From contig CANIFC010000001.1 of assembly GCA_947466695.1 (NCBI GenBank), forward strand, positions 12,747 through 76,746: a stretch of 64,000 bases of DNA, read 5' to 3'. Below the pieces are notes generated by a model. It ran no database searches. It worked only from the letters and a program-made list of their open reading frames with translations, and was not told where the DNA came from. Below, piece by piece: positions 10,270 through 19,181 of the stretch. The DNA is from Oxalobacteraceae bacterium (GTDB lineage: Bacteria; Pseudomonadota; Gammaproteobacteria; Burkholderiales; Burkholderiaceae_D). Each line of letters opens with the position of its first letter. The first letter of the stretch is position 1. The position numbers and the translations under genes are program-made.

Positions 10270-10304
10270 GATGAATTTCTCCTCGCAGATCGTGCTGGTA
10301 GGGG

Positions 10305-11687
10305 CTAAGTGTTCGGTAAGGTCTGGGACGGCAGCGTACCGACGGGATAAACGCGCACCTCGGTTCTCCGGCCACCGTATTTGGCTGTACCTGCCGCAGC
10401 CAGGTTGTTCGAGCGTTCATAGGCCCGGTCATAGAGGACGTAGGTATCGTAGGCACCGGTACCGGAGTGCGCCGGTGCAATAAAAATGGCATCAACGCTT
10501 TCGCCTGCGCCAAACGACACCGTACTGGCTTCGTAACTGGTATCGGTGCCGTCGCGCCCCTTCATCGGCGTTGCATCCTTACCGACAATTTTCATCTTGA
10601 TCCCCGTCAGGGTCATCGCCGATTCGCGGAAACCCAGGTTGGCAAAACGCAGCAGCACACGCTCGCCGGCATTGCATGTCACTAGCGCAGACAGTGGCTG
10701 GAATTGCAGGTGCTCGAAGCCGGGAGTGACCATCAGGTCACCGTTCTGGTCTGTCTGTACGTTCAGGGAATTCGTGGATGAGGCAAGGTTCAGCGGTGAA
10801 TTGGGGGCCAGTGTATCCGGATAGACCCGCCCGTTGAGCAGCACAAAGTCGGCGCGGTAGTCACTCCACTCCGGCAGCTGGATATGTGCGTCGGCCCAGT
10901 GCGAGTCGGCCCACACTTCAGAGCAGAACATCGCAAATTCACGGTGGTAGCCAGTTGCGCCATTACCGTCGTTGTAGGCAAATTTGGTAAAGCCACCGAC
11001 GGCTTGACCGTTCTGTAACGGCCGCACAAATACCGGGCCATTCATGCCCATGTGAACGTGTTCCACATCTTCAACGTGGCAGTGAAACATATAGGTACCG
11101 GGATCACGCGGACGATAGACGTACTGAAAGGTCCGCCCGGCGGTCACCGCGACCGAGCCGGTCGGTTCACCGTCAAAAAAAGTGATCACGTTACGAAAAC
11201 CGTGCCAGTGGATGGTATGCGCGTCGAACAGGTCAGGCCGCAGCGCCAGTCCCAGGTTAGTCAGCTGCAGGCGAAAGTCTTTGGGAGCGGCCGGATTAAA
11301 CTGGTTGACCCAAAACATCGGTGCGCTGTGCTGCGCCTTGTTCTTCTGGTTTGCGCGTTGCGTGTCGGTCATTCCGGTCACATTGCGGAAGCCAAAAATA
11401 TAGGTACTGAACAAAGGAGGGGCAAGAACATCCGGATGAACCAGGCCCAAAGCGGGCGAGGTGATTGATGGACTCTTGGGCAGGCTGATCCAGCCGTCGG
11501 TACCGGCATAAAACAGGTCGGGTGGGTACGCCGTCTGCGCCCTGGCCTCGGACATGCTAACCGGCCCCAATAACTTCTTCAATGGGTAAGGCACAATGCC
11601 CATTCCCGCTGCTGCGACGGTCACACCGCCTGCCATCTTGAAAAAGCGACGGCGGCTGGGTGACTGATTTGCTGAACGATTGGTCAT
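10305..11687 (-). CDS. Tat-exported two-domain multicopper oxidase-family protein with type-1 Cu site in domain 1 (subunit A)
   Basis: Twin-arginine signal SRRRFFK after ATG 11687 (CAGGAG RBS). AHTIHWHG and YMFHCHVEDVEHVHMGM motifs. Domain 2 lacks the His motifs (RESAMTLTG; YVLYDR). Confidence 0.9.
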   Translation of the reverse strand: MTNRSANQSPSRRRFFKMAGGVTVAAAGMGIVPYPLKKLLGPVSMSEARAQTAYPPDLFYAGTDGWISLPKSPSITSPALGLVHPDVLAPPLFSTYIFGFRNVTGMTDTQRANQKNKAQHSAPMFWVNQFNPAAPKDFRLQLTNLGLALRPDLFDAHTIHWHGFRNVITFFDGEPTGSVAVTAGRTFQYVYRPRDPGTYMFHCHVEDVEHVHMGMNGPVFVRPLQNGQAVGGFTKFAYNDGNGATGYHREFAMFCSEVWADSHWADAHIQLPEWSDYRADFVLLNGRVYPDTLAPNSPLNLASSTNSLNVQTDQNGDLMVTPGFEHLQFQPLSALVTCNAGERVLLRFANLGFRESAMTLTGIKMKIVGKDATPMKGRDGTDTSYEASTVSFGAGESVDAIFIAPAHSGTGAYDTYVLYDRAYERSNNLAAAGTAKYGGRRTEVRVYPVGTLPSQTLPNT

Positions 11688-11752
11688 TTCAAATCTCCTG
11701 TTAGGTTCCTGAGGCAGTGCGAATCGGTAATCCGCACTGCCTACTTTCCGTT

Positions 11753-14700
11753 TTAGGGCAGCGTGCCGCCGCTGAAGTTGTCGGCACGGGCGTTGGTCGG
11801 CAACATGATACCGATCCGGCCGCCAACTGTTCCCTGCGTCCATGCACCGGCACCCGTCGTCGGGATCGCGACGCTGCCGACGAATGTCGTGACTGCGGCA
11901 GCGGTCGTCCTCCACACGTACACGTTACCGGTCGCGTCAGCTACCGCCGACAGCGTGTCGTTGGTGGCAAATATCACTGGGAAAGTGGCGCGTGTAGTGA
12001 CAGTTAGTCCCGAGTTTGTAGTCGTTCCGACCGTGACCGATGAGCCCGTATAGAAGACACGGATATAGTTTGCAGGAGTATTGGCATTACCACCGCTCGC
12101 CTTCATGAACAGGAACGATCCATTGGCTGGTGTGTTAGCGAAGGTGAAAGCCGCACCCTGCTTTGCGCCAAACACATTGCCCGGGCCATTCCACATGGCC
12201 CATCCAGCCAAAGCTGCAGAGGCTTGATTGCTATTGACCCGGATTGATGCGTTGCTAAACAAAACGATCTGACTCCAGTTCGTGCCAAGCGTGTTCGAGT
12301 TCGTCCGGTTGAAACTGTCGAGCACTGGCAGCGTCGGCAGCGCGAGCGCGACCGTGTTGGTGTCCGTCGCGCTGTTGTTACCAGCTACCGGATCGGTCGT
12401 GCCGGCAGGTGCCGCTACTGTGGCCGTGTTCACCACGCTGCCGGTCGCCGTTGTCGAGACTGTGGCACTGACGGTGAAACTCGCGCTGCCACCGCTGGTG
12501 AGGCTCACCGTTGTGGCGATGTTGCCGCTACCGCTGGCTGCACCGCAGCTCAATGCCGGTGCACACGTCCAGGTCACACCCGTCAGTGCGGCGGGCATAT
12601 TGTCCGTCACCCTTGCGCCACTGACCGCATCAGGTCCGGCATTGCTGACAACGATGGTGTAGACCAGCGTCTGACCCGGGGTGACCGTAGTCACGCCATC
12701 GCTCATGCTGATACCCAGGTTCGCCGTAGCGGCCGGGACTTCATCGGCACCGATGTCATACGCACCGAAGGCTGGACGAGCCTGGCCATCAATATCATTG
12801 ATCGGCGCATTCAAACCATTCTTGCTCGCAGCTCCCGCGTTATAAGCCCGGGAAGTCGCAGTAATATGGTAGTTACCCATCAGGTTAGGTGGCAGGTCAG
12901 CAGAGATCATGATGGCACCCAGAAAGGCCGGGTTGTTGCGCCAGGTGTTAAAGGTCACCGCAATGTCGTAAGGTGCGATCACCGAAGGGTCACTGCCAAC
13001 GACGTTGGTCGGCGAGGCAATGACACCGGCAACGCTCTGCAACACCGAGTTGGTCGGCGCCAGCAACTGCCCTGCGGTTCCATCAGCCACGCCCATATCC
13101 CAATAATTGGCATCTGCAACACTGAGGCCAGTGACGGATCCGGCGGTGCGCGTACCGGCCCGGTTATCCCAGAAGATGTTATTGAACAGCAGTGGATTAC
13201 TGAAGACGGCTGAGCCGTTCGGTAGCGTGGCCTGCAACATATCACTGTTCACCGAAGTCGCCAACCCGGCCGGTGCTGCAGCGCCATTGCTGGTCACTGC
13301 CGTCGCGGTCGTGAGATTTTTCATGATCGTGTTGTTGTAGATACGGACATCGGGGGCATCATTGAGTGCGATACCACCGCCTTCATGCGTCGACACATTG
13401 TTCACGATGAAATTGTTATAGACGTTCATCGGGAAGTTGCCGGCCATCAGGAAGCGAATGCCGCCGCCATCATCATTTGCCAGATTTGCCTGAATCAGGT
13501 TGCCGTAGATACTCACTGGCCCGGAGCCCTGCGAAAGTGTGGTGGTGGTCGCCGGCAGCGCACCGGCGATCATGATGCCGCCACCCTCGTCGAACGAGCG
13601 GTTGAAGTAAATGCGGTTCTTGCTGATCGCGCCGTTGGGGCTGTAACCCACTGCGCTCACGCCACCACCGTACTCGGACGAAAAATTACCGCAGATGTCG
13701 TTTGATGCCACCTGATAGCTGTCCGCACCGGTAAAGAGCCCGATACCGCCCGCCATATTGGTGCCGGCATTGGCGATCACCCGGTTGAACGCGATGACAA
13801 TGTTCTCGTTGTGATTGTTAGTGTCCGGCACAGGCAGGTCAGGTGTCCCGATGCGGATGGTGCCATACGCGCCACCGTTATTCTGGACCACATTGTTGGT
13901 GATCTGCAGATTGCGGGCATAGGCATTGGCGAACACTGCGCCGCCCTGGGTGATGAGGCCGCCAGGCTGTCCGGTACGTACGCCACCGATCGGGTTGATG
14001 TTGCCGGGAAAGCCTTGCTGGTCGCCGCCACGCAGGTCAAAACCATCGATCGAGGGCGCAGTTTTAGCGCTGTATGCCATCGGGAAAGCCTTGCGGCTGG
14101 CGGCGTCACTACTACGGTTCGTCGGCGCAGGTACATAGACAGAGATCACCGCACCGTCGTAGATGACCGGATTACCACCCCAGTTGGGAATCGCGTTATT
14201 GTTGGCGCCCGGGGTCGTTTCCAGAGCGATCCGGGTCTGCCAGTCGGTCGCCACCGGGCTGTCACCGGCGAAAGCCGCGCCGTCGATGATGGAACCTCGC
14301 ACAGAACCGTCAGGGCTGCCCGGACCGACACCTTGCAGCTTGACCTTGCCGGTGATGATCAGGTTTTCATAGTAGGCGCCACGCGGGTTCTGACGCGGAT
14401 TGTCCAACGTTGGATTATTCGGATAGACCACGACCAGCGCATCCCTGCCATTACCAGCGGCGACATAGGCCGCTGCGGCATCCAGCGCTTTTTGGATCGC
14501 ATGGTTGGCGCTGGCAGGTAACGTTTCAGCTGGCGCATAGGTTCTGCCCGGCCCGACCTCAAACAGAGACGGATTATAGTTGGCGGACGCATCACCGGTT
14601 GTCCGCAGGTAATGGTAAGTGAGCCCGTTGACCGTGCTCTGGCCATTGCCCGCCGTGATTGATAACTGATGCGGACCGGCCGCAACCGCTGTGTAGTTCA

Positions 14701-17700
14701 GCGGTGTCACCGTAATCGACGTGTCACTCCACGTAACACTCCAGTCAGCCGGCACTGGCGTCCCATCGAACTTGACTGCACCCGTCAGTTGGGCCGCCCC
14801 GAAACCCTGGCCCGTAATGGTAAAGGCCTGATTCAGCAGACCGTATGGCCGGTTGACTGCATAGATTTGAGGCGTTGCGTTGTCAAGCAAGCACATCAGC
14901 GGCGAGGTCGCCTGTCCGCCGGGTAGCTGCACGCTCACACCTACCTGCGTTGGCGCGAGGTCGGCTGGCACCAGCAGACCCGGAAGTGACTCGAATTCCG
15001 CCGCGATGGTACGGAACTGCGGATTGTAGTTCGGGTTCAGGCGACCCGGAACGCCCGGGTCATTACCAACGAAGCGATACAGGTTGGCGCAGACTCCGGA
15101 AGGCGTCGGGCAATTGATGCGGTTGGTCGATGGCAGCAAGACGTCGGCCAGGCCGTTGTAATCGGTCTCGACGGTTGTGACCAGACGGTTAGTCCAGTCA
15201 TAGATCCCCACCGGGGCAAAAGGCATACCGGCCTTCTCGCCATAGGTCACGGACTTTGGATTACTAGAGAAATTAAGATCATCAATCATGATGAACCAGA
15301 GACGACCCGGGATCGGCACGTCGGTGAACAAGTTGAATGATGGGGCGACTGACTTGCCGTTATTGAGCGCAACGAGTTTCACGTTACATAGCGGCCTTGA
15401 CATGCCCTCGAAGGAAGACTTGCCTGCTCCACCGGGAAACGACGCGTTGCCAGTGGAATCGACCGTATGCAAGGGCCCGGCACAAGCCGAAGGAGGAATA
15501 GCCGGGGTGAACAGGTCGCCATTACCGATGTTGAGATCTTCTTCGCGCGTCACTTTATAGATTGGACGATTCATCGCGTCATTGGGGATCACGACTTCCA
15601 CCAGATAGTCGGCTGCCGGTAATGCGGTGAAGCTGCCACCGGTGCACACTGGAGCGGATGGGTCAGTGGCATCCAGAGTGCCGTTAAAGCACCCATCGCC
15701 AAAACCATAGTTACCGTCTACAGTGGCACCAAAATTAGCATCCGCAGTTCCCTGAGCGGTCGCATAGGTCGCAAACTGGATTCCCATCAGCGGAGCTTCG
15801 ATACATCCCCGCCCCTCAACCAGCGGGAGCACCTGCTCATCGGTTCCATGTATCAACGGACTACCGTCGGGGCCGCGGGCGATGCAACCGGCCGGCCGTT
15901 GCCACGTCTCGCTCAGGTAGGTATTGAGCAAGGAACCTTTGGCAAAAGAGCCATCACCGGCTAGCTGGTATCGTTTCGACGGGTCGCACGAGAGCGCGCC
16001 ATTGCACGCGACCGGAGAAAACAGCCTGACGGTCAGATTAGGGATACTGGGTTGCCAGTCTTCCACAGCGGCATAGCGCGGATCAATTTCATTGCGGGTC
16101 GTGTCATAGCTGACGGTGCCGACGATACCGCCATTGCGCGGATCAATACCATTTGTGCCGCTCGGGTCGTAGGCGTGCTTGCCCCAGTCCAGGCGACCGC
16201 TCAGGCCAATGATGGGATGCACGCTGACGTCCACGCCAGCACCGATCACCGTGGTTGGCGACAGTTGATTATCCGCCTGATACGTGACACCGGTCGTGTA
16301 ATGGAGGTTGTCATACGCCTCCATCACCAGCCACTGCGTCATCGGATACGCGGCCTCGAACTTGTAATAGCCATCCGCATCTGTTTTTACCAAAGTAGAG
16401 CCGCGGTCCATCAGCGAATTTTCACGTTTGCGCATCGTCAGCGTATAGTTGGCCAGACCAGGTTCGCCCGGATCCCTGATACCATTGTGGTTCGTATCAT
16501 TGAAAACATAACCGTCGAAAAATGTCCACCAGCCAGCCAGTGGAAGCACACCCATATCGAGCGTCTCGCCCTCGCCCACGGTGACGTTCACCAGATCAAG
16601 AATGGTGTTTTGCGGCTCATCCCACCAGGTGAGCGTATAAGTGCCGGCAGGAACATTGGGGATGGAAAAATTCCCGTTCACATCCCCTTTACCGACCCAG
16701 ACGACCGTGTCGCCATTCCCCAGGTCGGTCAGCGTAACCACTGGAAACGGAATAGGCTTATCAATCTTCGCGCCCTGCATACCGCCCCAGATTTCGCCCG
16801 GCAAGCCGGCCACGCCACCGCTAGTCGGGACATAGATCTTGACGTTATTGACGACGCCCCTGATGCTTCCGGAACCGCTCAGTGCGGGCAAGACGCCATT
16901 ACCCGATGGTGTACCTGGTACCGGCACATAGCCAAAAATGATGGCAGGGAAAGGCTCGCCGCCGATGATAAATTCGGTATCGAGCCCGGTGGCGCCTTCC
17001 ATCACCCAGGCGTCCCAGTCATGATTACCTTCCAGTGTTGTCGTCTGGATCCAGCCAGAACCGTCCGGTGGCGTAACCGATAGCGCGTAGCGATTCGGGC
17101 CGAGGTTCGGGATCTTGACCTTGCCCTCCACCACGCCACCGGCAGGAGCTGTCGTGGTGGTGCCATCGGGCCGGGTCATTACCAGTCCGGTCGCAGCAAC
17201 AGGGCAGCGCCCGGCAATGCCAGGCGCTACCGTACCGAGATCCACGCCGGCATTGACAACATAGCAAGCGCTCAGGCATTGGCCACCGCTACCCAAAACA
17301 AGATTACCGGCGGCATCGTATCTGGAGCATAACGGATGGCCGTAGACATTGGTCGTGACTTCGCCCAGATAATCGGTGATGTGCGCCTGAAAGCCGGCCA
17401 GACCATGTTCGGCCGGCAGGTCAGGGGCGCTGTTGACTGGCGAGATATCTTCAAATACGGCTGCCTGAATCTGCGCATCCGGAAGGGGGAAAGGCTGTAG
17501 TTCCACCTTCACTTCACCGGCGGGATCGGTTGGCGCTTTCCCTTGCCAGGTGACGTTACTGCCGGCAACGGTAAAATGCCGGCCGTCGAGTTTATAGCCG
17601 TCGGCAAGGACTGAAATCAGGTACCGGCCATCCGGCAAGGTCATCAAAGTTGCAAAATCATCCTGATTTCCCTGCGTGTAGATCGGACTGGAACCCGGTG

Positions 17701-18022
17701 TGCCGGCGATCGAGGTCCATGAGCAACTTGCCGGATATCCCGCATCCGAAGGACTGCAACCGGTCCCGGCTGAAGGTGAGCGCTGAACCGTTGTACCGGT
17801 ATTATCGATATTGATCAGATATTTGTAGCTCGTGACAAGCGCTCCTTTCACGACGGGACCACCAGGTGCCTTGGGCTCACTGCGCGCGCTCACTACTTTT
17901 AACCCCACGTTGTTCGCCTGCGCGGCACCAAGGCCGGCGAAAGCGAAGAACGTGATCATGATCACCAAAAATGTGATCGCTCGGGTAAGCCGGACCAATG
18001 CGGATTTACTACATGCTTTCAT
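11753..18022 (-). CDS. Giant secreted multidomain protein (SdrD-B-like, IPT/TIG, parallel beta-helix, DUF11-like and C-terminal beta-sandwich domains)
   Basis: Signal peptide ending AAQA. GYVFNDTNHNGIRDPGEPGL (SdrD-B-like). FTITGQGFG...WSDTSITV (IPT). Repeated IxxNxIxxN..GGGI (beta-helix). DIDGQARP...DIGADE. ANLGISMSDG...LVYTIVVSNAGP (DUF11-like). Start at ATG 18022 after GGGAG. Confidence 0.8.
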   Translation of the reverse strand: MKACSKSALVRLTRAITFLVIMITFFAFAGLGAAQANNVGLKVVSARSEPKAPGGPVVKGALVTSYKYLINIDNTGTTVQRSPSAGTGCSPSDAGYPASCSWTSIAGTPGSSPIYTQGNQDDFATLMTLPDGRYLISVLADGYKLDGRHFTVAGSNVTWQGKAPTDPAGEVKVELQPFPLPDAQIQAAVFEDISPVNSAPDLPAEHGLAGFQAHITDYLGEVTTNVYGHPLCSRYDAAGNLVLGSGGQCLSACYVVNAGVDLGTVAPGIAGRCPVAATGLVMTRPDGTTTTAPAGGVVEGKVKIPNLGPNRYALSVTPPDGSGWIQTTTLEGNHDWDAWVMEGATGLDTEFIIGGEPFPAIIFGYVPVPGTPSGNGVLPALSGSGSIRGVVNNVKIYVPTSGGVAGLPGEIWGGMQGAKIDKPIPFPVVTLTDLGNGDTVVWVGKGDVNGNFSIPNVPAGTYTLTWWDEPQNTILDLVNVTVGEGETLDMGVLPLAGWWTFFDGYVFNDTNHNGIRDPGEPGLANYTLTMRKRENSLMDRGSTLVKTDADGYYKFEAAYPMTQWLVMEAYDNLHYTTGVTYQADNQLSPTTVIGAGVDVSVHPIIGLSGRLDWGKHAYDPSGTNGIDPRNGGIVGTVSYDTTRNEIDPRYAAVEDWQPSIPNLTVRLFSPVACNGALSCDPSKRYQLAGDGSFAKGSLLNTYLSETWQRPAGCIARGPDGSPLIHGTDEQVLPLVEGRGCIEAPLMGIQFATYATAQGTADANFGATVDGNYGFGDGCFNGTLDATDPSAPVCTGGSFTALPAADYLVEVVIPNDAMNRPIYKVTREEDLNIGNGDLFTPAIPPSACAGPLHTVDSTGNASFPGGAGKSSFEGMSRPLCNVKLVALNNGKSVAPSFNLFTDVPIPGRLWFIMIDDLNFSSNPKSVTYGEKAGMPFAPVGIYDWTNRLVTTVETDYNGLADVLLPSTNRINCPTPSGVCANLYRFVGNDPGVPGRLNPNYNPQFRTIAAEFESLPGLLVPADLAPTQVGVSVQLPGGQATSPLMCLLDNATPQIYAVNRPYGLLNQAFTITGQGFGAAQLTGAVKFDGTPVPADWSVTWSDTSITVTPLNYTAVAAGPHQLSITAGNGQSTVNGLTYHYLRTTGDASANYNPSLFEVGPGRTYAPAETLPASANHAIQKALDAAAAYVAAGNGRDALVVVYPNNPTLDNPRQNPRGAYYENLIITGKVKLQGVGPGSPDGSVRGSIIDGAAFAGDSPVATDWQTRIALETTPGANNNAIPNWGGNPVIYDGAVISVYVPAPTNRSSDAASRKAFPMAYSAKTAPSIDGFDLRGGDQQGFPGNINPIGGVRTGQPGGLITQGGAVFANAYARNLQITNNVVQNNGGAYGTIRIGTPDLPVPDTNNHNENIVIAFNRVIANAGTNMAGGIGLFTGADSYQVASNDICGNFSSEYGGGVSAVGYSPNGAISKNRIYFNRSFDEGGGIMIAGALPATTTTLSQGSGPVSIYGNLIQANLANDDGGGIRFLMAGNFPMNVYNNFIVNNVSTHEGGGIALNDAPDVRIYNNTIMKNLTTATAVTSNGAAAPAGLATSVNSDMLQATLPNGSAVFSNPLLFNNIFWDNRAGTRTAGSVTGLSVADANYWDMGVADGTAGQLLAPTNSVLQSVAGVIASPTNVVGSDPSVIAPYDIAVTFNTWRNNPAFLGAIMISADLPPNLMGNYHITATSRAYNAGAASKNGLNAPINDIDGQARPAFGAYDIGADEVPAATANLGISMSDGVTTVTPGQTLVYTIVVSNAGPDAVSGARVTDNMPAALTGVTWTCAPALSCGAASGSGNIATTVSLTSGGSASFTVSATVSTTATGSVVNTATVAAPAGTTDPVAGNNSATDTNTVALALPTLPVLDSFNRTNSNTLGTNWSQIVLFSNASIRVNSNQASAALAGWAMWNGPGNVFGAKQGAAFTFANTPANGSFLFMKASGGNANTPANYIRVFYTGSSVTVGTTTNSGLTVTTRATFPVIFATNDTLSAVADATGNVYVWRTTAAAVTTFVGSVAIPTTGAGAWTQGTVGGRIGIMLPTNARADNFSGGTLP

Positions 18023-18329
18023 GACGAAACTCCCCAGGAACAAACACACACATTAAAGGCGATGGATCACAGCCAAGACTTCAGGCTTTGAGTACCGGCG
18101 CGCGACTTTGGGACATCTGCGGATTGATTTGATATATCGCTTAATCCCATGGTACTGACCGCCAAGGTCGACTTCCATGTGGGTAAACCCGCTATATGCA
18201 GGATGGGGGAACACCCTATTTGCCATGCAGCCCCAGATTATTCTTGATCTCCGTACCGGTCCGCCCATACACACAAACAGCCGCCGCCATGCCCGCGTCT
18301 GCCGGCTGACAAGCTTGCAGGAACACCTT

Positions 18330-19016
18330 TTAGCGGGATCCGATCAATGCATTTCGATCAGTTTCTGGCAGGGCGGCGAGCAGTGCCTGCTGATACCGCG
18401 CCAAGACGTTGGGGACGTACTTCAATGTTTCAGTATTACCGGGGATACGGTAGCCAGCCCTGACCACCGAACCTTCACCGGCGTTGTACGCAGCTACCGC
18501 CAGTTCCATATCCTGGTTGAACCGATCCATCAGCCAGCGTAAATAACGGCTACCCGTCAGGATATTTTCACGTGGATTGAAGGCATCACTGCCGCCGAAA
18601 CGGCGCGCTGTCGCAGGCATGAGTTGCATCAAGCCTTGAGCACCCTTGGGCGAAACTGCAAGCGGGTTATAGTTGGACTCCACTGAAATGACCGCATGAA
18701 TCAGCTCGGCCGGCAAGCGGTAGGCGTTGCTGGCCTCCTCGATGAAAGGCAGAAAAACGCCCATGGCGGCTATATACGGCAGAGGTACCCGTGTAGCGGG
18801 CACCCTGGCGGATACCGTGGTAGCAACCGGCTCAGCCGCAGCTGCCACTACTAGCATTTTGACGTGGGCACTCTGGATATTGGAAAGAACCAGCGTCCCT
18901 GTTTCAGAGATGCCACCAAAAATTTGCGCATGAGCAGGACTCCCTGCAACCACCAGCGCGACACAGCTCATGAACGACAATAAGAGCGGCTTCATCCTTT
19001 TTCCCGATAGAGCCAA
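18330..19016 (-). CDS. Lytic transglycosylase (SLT domain)
   Basis: AVISVESNYNP, GAQGLMQLMP and AAYNAGEG motifs; signal peptide. Start may be the downstream ATG (MKPLL). Confidence 0.92.
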   Translation of the reverse strand: MALSGKRMKPLLLSFMSCVALVVAGSPAHAQIFGGISETGTLVLSNIQSAHVKMLVVAAAAEPVATTVSARVPATRVPLPYIAAMGVFLPFIEEASNAYRLPAELIHAVISVESNYNPLAVSPKGAQGLMQLMPATARRFGGSDAFNPRENILTGSRYLRWLMDRFNQDMELAVAAYNAGEGSVVRAGYRIPGNTETLKYVPNVLARYQQALLAALPETDRNALIGSR

Positions 19017-19109
19017 AAGAATTTTGACAGTAATGGGAAAATGGGAATGGCAACATGGGCACCACCCCTACTTAAGCGGTAGGGTAAACACCCGGTTCAA
19101 TACATCTGC

Positions 19110-19150
19110 CCGGCACTCCGGTGGCCGGCACTCCGGTGGCCGGCACCCAC
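19110..19150. repeat. Short 15-bp tandem repeat (CCGGCACTCCGGTGG) x~2.5
   Basis: ccggcactccggtggccggcactccggtggccggcacc read directly in the intergenic region. Confidence 0.8.
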
Positions 19151-19181
19151 GCCCGGTTATGCACTATTCAGGCGAGGCTGA

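Noticed and set aside
10305-11687. Subunit A as a copper nitrite reductase (NirK) or stand-alone laccase
   Set aside because: It has HxH and HCH trinuclear-type motifs in domain 1 but no domain-2 His ligands, which both NirK and homotrimeric small laccases require.
11688-11915. 76-aa N-terminal extension given by the ORF track
   Set aside because: It overlaps the 3' end of the giant gene. The RBS and Tat signal point to ATG 11687.
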